Origin: an uncultured Campylobacter sp.
Lineage (GTDB): Bacteria; Campylobacterota; Campylobacteria; Campylobacterales; Campylobacteraceae
Assembly (NCBI RefSeq): GCF_938018035.1
Contig: NZ_CALIJF010000150.1
Span: forward strand, 1-38,744
Reading direction: 5' to 3'
Length of the DNA stretch: 38,744 bases
Within the stretch, counting starts at the first letter, position 1. Every line of letters starts with the position of its first letter. The position numbers and the translations under genes are program-made. Shown here one piece after another: positions 8,996 through 16,432 of the stretch. Under the pieces are notes generated by a model. It saw only the letters and a program-made list of their open reading frames with translations. It did no database searches and had not been told where the DNA came from.

Positions 8996-9853
8996 ATGAA
9001 ATTTAAGGAGATAGACGAATCTCGTCGCGGCTTTTTAAAAGGAGCTTTAGCGGCAGCCGCCATCGCCGGACCGGAAGCAATGCTCGCTGGCTATACGCCA
9101 TTTAAGCCCGATTCGCTGCAGGTTTGGTCGTGCGGAGGACTGTCCGAAGCATTTAACGAGCTAAACGCCATTTATGAGTCAAGGACGGGACATAATATCC
9201 AATACACCGGCGCCTTTGCGGGTGCGCTCGGAAAGTCGCTACTGGCCTTGCAGGGCAAGACGGAGGTTTTCGGCGCTCGCGTTTTGGAGCTGTCTCAAAA
9301 ACTGCGTAAGGCTGGCCTTAGCCTCCGCTTTAGACCGCTATGTTTTACCGACTACGTTTTAGTAGTGCCAAAGGGCAATCCTGCGGGCGTTCGCGATCTA
9401 AAGGATTTGGCAGAGCCCGGCGTGCGGGTGATGCTGCCGCTAAGAGCTTCACCTCCTGGTAGCGGACCGGTAAAGGGAATTTTGAAAAATTCAGGTCTTA
9501 CAGGGCCCGTTATGAAAAATATGGTCGCCAACGGCTCATGCGTCATCCAGATGATGTGCGATCTGGTAGAGGGCAAGGGTGATGCGTCCATCATCGAAAA
9601 GCGCCTAACGACGCACGATAGGTTTAAAGACAAAATCGAATATATGCCTATCGACGAAAAGCTCATCCCGCCCGGTCCGCTTACATTTACGCTAAATATC
9701 ATGAAATACGTAAAAGACGAGAAGCTTGCCGATGACTTTGCGGACTTCGTCTGCTCGGACGGGCAGGAAATTTTCGAGCGGCACGGCTTTACCTCCATCC
9801 ATTCGGCACGCGGGCTTGAACTCATAGAAAGGTTTGGTGTAAAAGATGTTTAG
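8996..9853 (+). CDS. Tat-exported ModA-like (type II periplasmic binding fold) protein with five Cys
   Basis: SRRGFLK twin-arginine signal; LVVPKGNPAGVRDLKDLAEPGVRV and GQEIFERHGF are typical of the ModA/WtpA-like fold; strong AAGGAG RBS. Confidence 0.8.
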   Translation: MKFKEIDESRRGFLKGALAAAAIAGPEAMLAGYTPFKPDSLQVWSCGGLSEAFNELNAIYESRTGHNIQYTGAFAGALGKSLLALQGKTEVFGARVLELSQKLRKAGLSLRFRPLCFTDYVLVVPKGNPAGVRDLKDLAEPGVRVMLPLRASPPGSGPVKGILKNSGLTGPVMKNMVANGSCVIQMMCDLVEGKGDASIIEKRLTTHDRFKDKIEYMPIDEKLIPPGPLTFTLNIMKYVKDEKLADDFADFVCSDGQEIFERHGFTSIHSARGLELIERFGVKDV

Positions 9854-10622
9854 TATCGTAAATATGGCAAAGATGAAAAAAGTCTCTAGGCTAACTAAAA
9901 TTCGTCGATTGGTGCAGCTGATTTTTATCGGCGCGATCGGGCAATGGGCGTATTACGGAATTTTTAGATGCCCTTTTATCGTGCCTTTCGTAAACTGCCA
10001 ATCCTGTCCGATCGTTACGTGCTGGGGGCGGATCGCGACCGTGTTTTTCGGCTTTTGGCTGTTTATACCCGTGCTGGTTATTTTCCTTGGGCGCGCGTTT
10101 TGCGGCTGGCTTTGCCCGGGCGGATTCGTAAATCAAATGCTGGGCAAATTTGCCGCTTTTAAGCTCAAGCTAAAAAATAACAGGAAGCTACGATATGCGC
10201 AAATAGGCATGGTTCTAGCCTTTTTGCTTAGCGCGGGCGTGTATTTTATCTACGGCAATCCTCGCGTCATGATCCCTATCCGCACCAGCGACGAGTACTT
10301 AAACGCCGTTATCATGTCCTTTAAATTTTCCGACTGGTACTGGGCGGTTCGCACTGCCGTCGTCGTGGCCCTCATCGCCGCGTCCTTGATCGTCGCAAAT
10401 TTATGGTGCCGCTTCGCCTGTCCTAGCGGCGGCATAATGGAGCTGTTGCGTAAAATTTCAATATTTCGCGTTTATAAAACGAGCGCCTGCGATAACTGCA
10501 ACGCTTGTTTGCGCAAATGCGAAATGGGCACGAGACCGGACGAGATGAACTGCACGAACTGCGGCGATTGTATGGACGTTTGCCACGCAGACGCCATCAA
10601 ATTCGGAAGGAAAAAAGATTGA
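9846..10622 (+). CDS. NapH/MauN-like membrane 4Fe-4S protein
   Basis: About four TM segments, two CxxxCP motifs (CGWLCP, CRFACP), two CxxCxxCxxxC ferredoxin motifs at the C-terminus, and an extra N-terminal Cys cluster. The exact start Met is uncertain. Confidence 0.85.
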   Translation: MFSIVNMAKMKKVSRLTKIRRLVQLIFIGAIGQWAYYGIFRCPFIVPFVNCQSCPIVTCWGRIATVFFGFWLFIPVLVIFLGRAFCGWLCPGGFVNQMLGKFAAFKLKLKNNRKLRYAQIGMVLAFLLSAGVYFIYGNPRVMIPIRTSDEYLNAVIMSFKFSDWYWAVRTAVVVALIAASLIVANLWCRFACPSGGIMELLRKISIFRVYKTSACDNCNACLRKCEMGTRPDEMNCTNCGDCMDVCHADAIKFGRKKD

Positions 10623-11449
10623 TGAATTTTTTCGCCAAACCCTCTTTCGACAACCACCCCTGCTTTAGCAAAAAGGCGTCCGCCGCCTACGGGCGCGTGC
10701 ACCTTCCCGTAGCGCCACATTGCAATATCCAATGCAATTTTTGCAACCGCATCTACGACTGCGCCAACGAAAATCGCCCCGGCGTAACGGGGAGAGTGCA
10801 AAGCCCAGATGAGGCCGTGGAATACGTGGAAAATCTATTTAAATTTAGACAAGATATCTCTGTCATCGGTATCGCAGGGCCCGGGGATCCTATGTGCGAT
10901 GCCGACAAGACCCTAGCGACTTTTGAAAAATGCAAAGCCCGCTTCCCTCACGCCCTACTTTGCCTATCCACAAACGGCCTATCCCTGCCCGAGCACGTGG
11001 ATGATATCGTGCGGATCGGCGTGAGCCACGTGACGGTGACCGTTAATGCCGTAACGCCGGGCGTAGGCGGCAAAATTTATGCGTGGGTACGCCACAAAAA
11101 CAAAATTTACCACGGCGAAGAGGGCGCTAAAATTCTTGCGGAGCGCCAAGAGGAAGGAATTCGCAAGCTAAAAGAAGCCCGTATGATCGTAAAGATCAAT
11201 ACGGTCGTAATCCCCGGCGTCAATATGGATCACGTCCCACGTATCGCCAAAAAAGCCAAAGAGTGGCAAGCCGATATCATGAACTGCATGGCGATGATCC
11301 CCGTGCATGACACCCCTTTTGCAAATATCAAATCGCCCTCGAATGAAGAAATTCGCAGCATGCGAAAGCTGATCGGCAGCTCCATTCATCAAATGACTCA
11401 CTGCAGCAGATGCCGCGCCGACGCATGCGGCAAGCTTTGCGAGAAATGA
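10622..11449 (+). CDS. nifB: NifB-family radical SAM protein (stand-alone SAM domain, no NifX domain)
   Basis: HPC, CNIQCNFC, ENRP, AGPG, TVTVN and CSRCRADACG motifs. Start placed at ATG 10622 (TGATG coupling, GGAAGG upstream); 275 aa. Confidence 0.9.
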   Translation: MNFFAKPSFDNHPCFSKKASAAYGRVHLPVAPHCNIQCNFCNRIYDCANENRPGVTGRVQSPDEAVEYVENLFKFRQDISVIGIAGPGDPMCDADKTLATFEKCKARFPHALLCLSTNGLSLPEHVDDIVRIGVSHVTVTVNAVTPGVGGKIYAWVRHKNKIYHGEEGAKILAERQEEGIRKLKEARMIVKINTVVIPGVNMDHVPRIAKKAKEWQADIMNCMAMIPVHDTPFANIKSPSNEEIRSMRKLIGSSIHQMTHCSRCRADACGKLCEK

Positions 11450-11475
11450 AGACCTGCTTTTAGCGGGTCTTTTAT
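11449..11475 (+). terminator. probable intrinsic terminator closing the nifB cluster
   Basis: AAGACCTGCT-TTT-AGCGGGTCTT stem (one G-U pair) followed by TTAT, directly after the stop. Confidence 0.65.
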
Positions 11476-11653
11476 CCGGCGCAGGATACACGCTCTCATA
11501 GCGCACAAAATTTTATGTAGAGATTTAAATTTAAAATTTGTCTAAATTTAGAGCTAGTAAGCAACCGATAAGCGGCTTTTTAGCGGCGGCGGTTTTTTAA
11601 AATTTAAAAAACGATTTTTCAATAATATTATTTTGCTTTTATTTAACTTTGGG

Positions 11654-11659
11654 TATAAT
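11654..11659 (+). promoter_or_regulatory. sigma-70 -10 box for the flavocytochrome operon
   Basis: TATAAT after a long AT-rich tract; AAGGAG RBS at about 11705. Confidence 0.65.
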
Positions 11660-11715
11660 TCTCCCAAAATTAGGCATCTGAAAAAACCGTATAACGGTAA
11701 AATAAAGGAGACATC

Positions 11716-13266
11716 ATGGAAAACGTTTCAAGACGTGATCTGCTCAAAATGAGCCTAGTTGGCGCGGGTGCTTTAGCGCTCGGCTCCGTAAACGCAAATG
11801 CTGCGGTTAACGCTAAAGACGTCAAATTTGACGAAGAGTGGGACGTAGTCATCGTGGGCTCTGGTTTTGCAGGACTAGCAGCCGGTATCACCGCAGCCGA
11901 AAAGGGCAATAAAGTCCTAATCCTAGAAAAGATGGGACGCGTAGGCGGTAACTCCGTAATTAACGGCGGCATATTCGCCGTTCCAAACAGCGACAAACAA
12001 AAAGCAGAAGGCATCAAAGATAGCAACGAGCTATTTATCAAAGACTGCCTAAAAGCCGGCCGCGGCCTAAACCACGTAGATCTAATCGACACCATCGCTA
12101 CTCGCGCGCAAGACGCATATAAACTAACTCTAAAATGCGGCGCTAAATACATAGATAAAGTTACTCACGCAGGCGGACACAGCGTACCTAGATCGCTTCA
12201 GACCGCTAACGGCTCGGGCTCAGGTATCGTTCAGCCGATGGTAGAATACTTTAAAAATCTACAAGGCTGCGAGCTAAGACAAAGAGCTAAATTTGACGAG
12301 TTCGTACTCGGCGAAGACGGCGGCGTAGACGGAGTGATCATCAGAGAGGATTATAAATTTGATCCAAAGAGCCAAAAAGACGACGCCGAAAACACTACCG
12401 GAACTAAAAAAACTATAAAAGCTAAAAAAGGCGTAGTACTAGCTGCAGGAGGATTTTGCCGCGACGTATTCTTTAGACAAGTCCAAGATCCATCTATCTT
12501 GCCTACTACGGATAGCACCAACCATCCGGGAGCAACCGCAGGCGCTATGAAAGAGGCATTTAGAATCGGCGCAACTCCAGTGCAGCTAAGCTGGATACAA
12601 TTCGGCCCATGGGCATGCCCTGATGAAAAAGGCTTTGGCGTAGGCTCTATGTTTAACGTAAACGGAAGCTTCCGCTACGGTATCTCAGTCGATCCAAGAA
12701 CCGGCAAACGCTATATGAACGAACTAGCGGACCGCCGCACCCGCTCTCAAGCTATGTTTAAAGTAATCGACGCAAAAGCCGATATCTATCCGATCAACTT
12801 CTGCGATAGCGATGGCGTAAAAAATATGGTCATACCTGAGCACTACACCAAACCGCTAGAATCAGGCGTACTAAAGAAATTTGAAACTCTAGACGAACTA
12901 GCCGCAGCTTATAAAATCCCTGCCGCAGAGCTAAAAAAGACCGTCGAGCGATATAATAGCTTCGTTAAATCAGGCAAAGACGAAGACTTTGGCAAACCTA
13001 TGGATAAAACCACTACAAACGGCGTAGATATCTCTAAACCGCCTTTCTACGCTATGCGCGGTACGCCAAAACTCCACCACACCATGGGCGGTATCGATAT
13101 CAATACCAAAGCTCAGGTTATATCTCTACAAACAGAGATGCCGATCCCAAGACTATTTGCCGCAGGTGAGATCACAGGCGGCGTACACGGAGCTAGCCGT
13201 TTAGGTAGCGTGGCGATAGCTGACTGCTTAACGTTTGGTATGATAGCCGGAGAGAATATAGGCTAA
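11716..13266 (+). CDS. fccA: Tat-exported flavocytochrome c flavin subunit (FccA/Fcc3/UrdA-like reductase)
   Basis: SRRDLLK Tat signal; VVIVGSGFAGLAA FAD-binding motif; GGNS, GGHSVPR, HHTMGG and GEITGGVHGASRLG motifs. Confidence 0.85.
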   Translation: MENVSRRDLLKMSLVGAGALALGSVNANAAVNAKDVKFDEEWDVVIVGSGFAGLAAGITAAEKGNKVLILEKMGRVGGNSVINGGIFAVPNSDKQKAEGIKDSNELFIKDCLKAGRGLNHVDLIDTIATRAQDAYKLTLKCGAKYIDKVTHAGGHSVPRSLQTANGSGSGIVQPMVEYFKNLQGCELRQRAKFDEFVLGEDGGVDGVIIREDYKFDPKSQKDDAENTTGTKKTIKAKKGVVLAAGGFCRDVFFRQVQDPSILPTTDSTNHPGATAGAMKEAFRIGATPVQLSWIQFGPWACPDEKGFGVGSMFNVNGSFRYGISVDPRTGKRYMNELADRRTRSQAMFKVIDAKADIYPINFCDSDGVKNMVIPEHYTKPLESGVLKKFETLDELAAAYKIPAAELKKTVERYNSFVKSGKDEDFGKPMDKTTTNGVDISKPPFYAMRGTPKLHHTMGGIDINTKAQVISLQTEMPIPRLFAAGEITGGVHGASRLGSVAIADCLTFGMIAGENIG

Positions 13267-13329
13267 TTTGCGGCGTCTTTCGGACGCTTTTTGCGGAGCT
13301 TGCTAAAATTTTGCTTAGCAGACTATTTT

Positions 13330-13455
13330 GTCTAGCCTGCGCAAAATTTTAGCCACGCAACCTCAAAAATCGCCTCGAAATACTTGCAAATCTTATTTTG
13401 TATCGCAGGTCAAATTTAAGATTAAATTTGAAAATTCGGTCTGCGATACTTTTAA
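13330..13455. repeat. dispersed intergenic repeat, copy 1
   Basis: GTCTAGCCTGCGCAAAATTTTAGC...AAAAATCGCCTCGAAATACTTGCAAATCTTATTTTGTATCGCAGG...TCTGCGATACTTTTA matches 17777-17880. Confidence 0.85.
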
Positions 13456-13511
13456 ATTTGAAGCCGAATTTGCAGTTAAATTTGTAAATTTGACATCCGA
13501 AAGGAATTCGC

Positions 13512-13952
13512 ATGAAACATAAAGCGTTTCTCGCCTTGTGCGCATCTATGCTACTATGCTCTTTTGCATTTAGTGCAGAAGCCTTAGGCGCAAAGATAAC
13601 GTCTTTAGTCGATCTTAACGTCACCGATGAACTGCGAGCCAAACACCCGCTAAAGCCTCATCATGAAAAGCTAAGCTTCACCTGTCTTGATTGTCACGAA
13701 GGACAAGGAAACGACGCTAGTAAATTTAAATCTATCGGCGATAAAGGCTGTTTATCCTGTCACGGCGACAAGAAAAAGATAGCTAAAAGACTAGAATACA
13801 TGGATCTGCTAAAAGCAAATCCCCACAACTCGGTTCACGACGGCCCTACGCTATACTGCGACGAGTGCCACAACGAGCATAAAAAATCAACCAATATGTG
13901 CACGGAGTGCCACGAACACGAAGTTCCGCAATGGATGGGGGTAACGCCATGA
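13512..13952 (+). CDS. fccB: periplasmic tetraheme cytochrome c (c3-like, FccB type)
   Basis: Sec-type signal peptide and four CxxCH motifs (CLDCH, CLSCH, CDECH, CTECH), plus NPHNSVH. Confidence 0.88.
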   Translation: MKHKAFLALCASMLLCSFAFSAEALGAKITSLVDLNVTDELRAKHPLKPHHEKLSFTCLDCHEGQGNDASKFKSIGDKGCLSCHGDKKKIAKRLEYMDLLKANPHNSVHDGPTLYCDECHNEHKKSTNMCTECHEHEVPQWMGVTP

Positions 13953-14620
13953 AAATTTCAAAGAAAGTACTAGCGCTTATTATATTGGTAAGCGGCATTA
14001 TAGGGTTTTTGGTCGTACTGCCCGTACATTACACCCTAGAAGAAACTAGCGGAGAGAAGTTTTGCGTAGTATGCCACGAGATGGATCCTATGGTTATAGC
14101 TTATAGTAACGACGTACATAGCGGCAAAGGCAAAAGCGGAGTAAGGGCTAAATGCGTAGACTGCCACATACCTCACGACAACCTAGCCAAATACGTCCTA
14201 GTTAAAGCCAAAAACGGACTAATGGAGGGATATATTCATTTCTTCAAAGACCCCGAGGCTATAGACTGGCATAAAAATAGAGAGAAAAGAGAGCACTTCG
14301 TATTTGATAACGGTTGCGTTAGCTGCCATACGAATTTGGTAGATAATAAACTAACAAGCCCGCAAGCTCAAAAGATGCATGCTCACTATCAAAGCTTGCT
14401 AAATACGGGTAAGCAACTAACCTGCGCTAGCTGTCACGCCGAGGTAGGCCACAGCGGGCTAAACAATATGCTAAACTACTGGAAGCCTGAATACAAAATC
14501 TACGAAAAGAAAGCTGCAATCAAAAAAGAAGAGATAAAAAAGGCTTATTTCGGGGAGGATTATGTGGGGCCGAAAGAGGTGAAGACTGAAGATAAAGAAG
14601 GCAATGCCACCAAAAAGTAG
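13949..14620 (+). CDS. fccC: NapC/NirT-family membrane tetraheme quinol dehydrogenase (FccC type)
   Basis: N-terminal TM helix; CVVCHEM, CVDCHIP, CVSCH, CASCH. Start moved to ATG 13949 (ATGA overlap). Confidence 0.9.
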   Translation: MKISKKVLALIILVSGIIGFLVVLPVHYTLEETSGEKFCVVCHEMDPMVIAYSNDVHSGKGKSGVRAKCVDCHIPHDNLAKYVLVKAKNGLMEGYIHFFKDPEAIDWHKNREKREHFVFDNGCVSCHTNLVDNKLTSPQAQKMHAHYQSLLNTGKQLTCASCHAEVGHSGLNNMLNYWKPEYKIYEKKAAIKKEEIKKAYFGEDYVGPKEVKTEDKEGNATKK

Positions 14621-14626
14621 GCTAAA

Positions 14627-14692
14627 ATGAAGAAAATTTTGCTCGTTAGCGACGACGTGGAGATACAACTAAGTCTCAACGCCGCGCTTTAG
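14627..14692 (+). pseudogene. remnant of a response-regulator receiver domain (21 codons)
   Basis: Manual translation MKKILLVSDDVEIQLSLNAAL*, matching the receiver beta1-alpha1 pattern (KILLVEDD..I...L...L). Confidence 0.5.
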
Positions 14693-14733
14693 CAAGGATC
14701 CGGTAAATTTTAAATCAGTAAAATTTCGCGCGA

Positions 14734-14756
14734 TAACGGGAGTTTATCTCCCGTTA
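14734..14756. terminator. hairpin downstream of the fcc operon
   Basis: Perfect 9-bp inverted repeat TAACGGGAG-TTTAT-CTCCCGTTA; no strong U tract. Confidence 0.45.
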
Positions 14757-14873
14757 CGATCTTCGGAAACAGACTATCTCTACGCTTTATTAGAATTACT
14801 CGAGAATAAATTTAAACCAAAAGCTCGCATCTACTCAGCTCAAAACATAAAATTTAAAATAAGCCGTTTTCGA

Positions 14874-14879
14874 TATAAT
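14874..14879 (+). promoter_or_regulatory. sigma-70 -10 box for proB
   Basis: TATAAT 23 nt before the ATG, with a GGAG RBS in between. Confidence 0.6.
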
Positions 14880-14902
14880 TTTCAAAAATTTCGGAGCGGA
14901 AA

Positions 14903-16024
14903 ATGGGTAGAAAAGAGCTTCTGGGCGGCGCAAAACGTATCGTCGTAAAAATCGGTACTTCGACGCTTACGAACGCGGACGGTTCTCTAAATGAGCGGCT
15001 TATCAAAAGTCTAGTCGCGCAAATTTGCAAGCTAAAAGATGCGGGCTTTTGCGTGGCTTTGGTAAGCTCGGGCGCCGTGGGCGCGGGCATGGGGCTGCTA
15101 GGTATCGCGCAAAGACCTAAAATTTTAAGCCGCAAGCAGGCTCTAGCGGCGGTCGGACAGGTCGCGCTGATGCATCTTTACGAGCGGCTGTTTTGGGCGC
15201 ATGACCGCATTATCGCGCAGCTGCTGTTAAGCCGCGGCGATTTTAGCGACAGGGCGCGCTATCTTAGCGTGCGAAACGTCTGCGCGGAGCTACTCTCGCG
15301 CGGCATCGTGCCGATAATAAACGAAAACGATCCCGTCGTAGCAGATGAACTGAAAGTGGGCGACAACGACACGCTAAGTGCGCTAGTAGCGGGGCTAATC
15401 GATGCTGATCTGCTCGTGATTTTAAGCGATATCGACGGGCTGTACGACAAAAATCCGAGCGAGCACGCGGACGCAAAACTTTTAAGCTTTATCGAAAAAA
15501 TCGACGAGCACGTCGTCAAAATGGCAGGCGGCGAGGGCAGTAAATTCGGCACGGGCGGCATGGCGACCAAGATCGCGGCGGCGCAAATGGCAAATCAGAT
15601 CGGCACTAGCCTGATCATCGCAAACGGGCGTACGGACGGAATTTTGCTTAAGATAGCGGCGGGCGATGAGGTCGGCACTCTCTTTAGCACGGGCGCGGCG
15701 CGGCTTAGCTCGCGTAAATACTGGCTCGCATACGGCGCGATTAGCAAAGGCGCGGTGATTATCGACGCGGGGGCGGCAGAGGCGATAAAATCGGGCAAAA
15801 GCCTGCTTGCGGTCGGGATTGCCGAGGTGCGCGGCGAGTTTGAGCGCGGCGAGATCGTAAACGTCTGCGCGACTGACGGCAAGCTGCTGGCGCACGGCAT
15901 TAGCAACTATTCAAGCTGCGAGCTTGCGCGCATAGCGGGCGCAAAAAGCGATGAGATAGAGCATGCTTTAGGCTACAAAAGCGACGATGACGCGATCCAC
16001 GCGGATAATATCGCGCTGCAATGA
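14903..16024 (+). CDS. proB: glutamate 5-kinase with PUA domain
   Basis: VVKIGTS, VSSGAV, AAVGQ, NEND, GDNDTLSA, GTGGMATK; C-terminal PUA domain (DAGA...SLLAVGI...GEFERGE). Confidence 0.97.
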   Translation: MGRKELLGGAKRIVVKIGTSTLTNADGSLNERLIKSLVAQICKLKDAGFCVALVSSGAVGAGMGLLGIAQRPKILSRKQALAAVGQVALMHLYERLFWAHDRIIAQLLLSRGDFSDRARYLSVRNVCAELLSRGIVPIINENDPVVADELKVGDNDTLSALVAGLIDADLLVILSDIDGLYDKNPSEHADAKLLSFIEKIDEHVVKMAGGEGSKFGTGGMATKIAAAQMANQIGTSLIIANGRTDGILLKIAAGDEVGTLFSTGAARLSSRKYWLAYGAISKGAVIIDAGAAEAIKSGKSLLAVGIAEVRGEFERGEIVNVCATDGKLLAHGISNYSSCELARIAGAKSDEIEHALGYKSDDDAIHADNIALQ

Positions 16025-16070
16025 AATTTTAGCCGTGTTCGCGCGTTTAAATTTTAAACGGAGGGCGTAG

Positions 16071-16226
16071 ATGAAAAAGATTATGTTTTTTGCGCTACTT
16101 TTGACGGGCGCGGCGTGGACGGCAAAATTTGACGAACCGGACGCCGATAAAAACGGCGAGCTAGACGTTTTTGAACTGCGCGGATATGAGCCGGCGGATT
16201 ACGTAAAAGCGCTATGCGCGAATTGA
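16071..16226 (+). CDS. small secreted EF-hand-motif protein (51 aa), or 5' part of a decayed gene
   Basis: GGAGG RBS; MKKIMFFALLLTGAAWTA signal-like N-terminus; DADKNGELDVFE canonical 12-residue EF-hand loop. Shorter than any ORF in the track. Confidence 0.55.
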   Translation: MKKIMFFALLLTGAAWTAKFDEPDADKNGELDVFELRGYEPADYVKALCAN

Positions 16227-16432
16227 AATGAGAAGGTTGGGCGTAATGCCTGGCGAGTAAGCGAAATTTTGACGCAAGAAAATCCGAAATAAAATGGCCC
16301 AAAGCGCGCTAAATTTAAGCCGTCGTGCGCGGATAAAAATAAGACGCACTGGAATTTTAGACGCGATAGAAGCGACGCTCGCGGCATTTTTATACGCAGC
16401 ATGCGATTTGATTTATAGATTAAGGAGCGAAA

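Noticed and set aside
8996..9853. Ordinary modA of a molybdate ABC transporter
   Set aside because: No adjacent permease or ATPase, a Tat rather than Sec signal, and altered anion-binding segments. A transport role is not fully excluded.
10505..10621. 39-aa N-terminal extension of NifB in the ORF track
   Set aside because: It overlaps the ferredoxin motifs of the upstream gene; ATG 10622 has an RBS and TGATG coupling.
7041..11449. Nitrogen fixation (nif) cluster
   Set aside because: No nifH, nifD, nifK, nifE or nifN is in the window; the ATPase is ASKHA-type, not a NifH P-loop protein.
10620..11475. Selenocysteine read-through at TGA stops in the cluster
   Set aside because: Both TGAs fall at natural protein ends; one overlaps the next start and the other is followed by a terminator-like hairpin.
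13328..13642. ORFs 13328-13522 (+) and 13349-13642 (-)
   Set aside because: They run through the intergenic repeat or antisense to the cytochrome gene, with no recognisable protein features.
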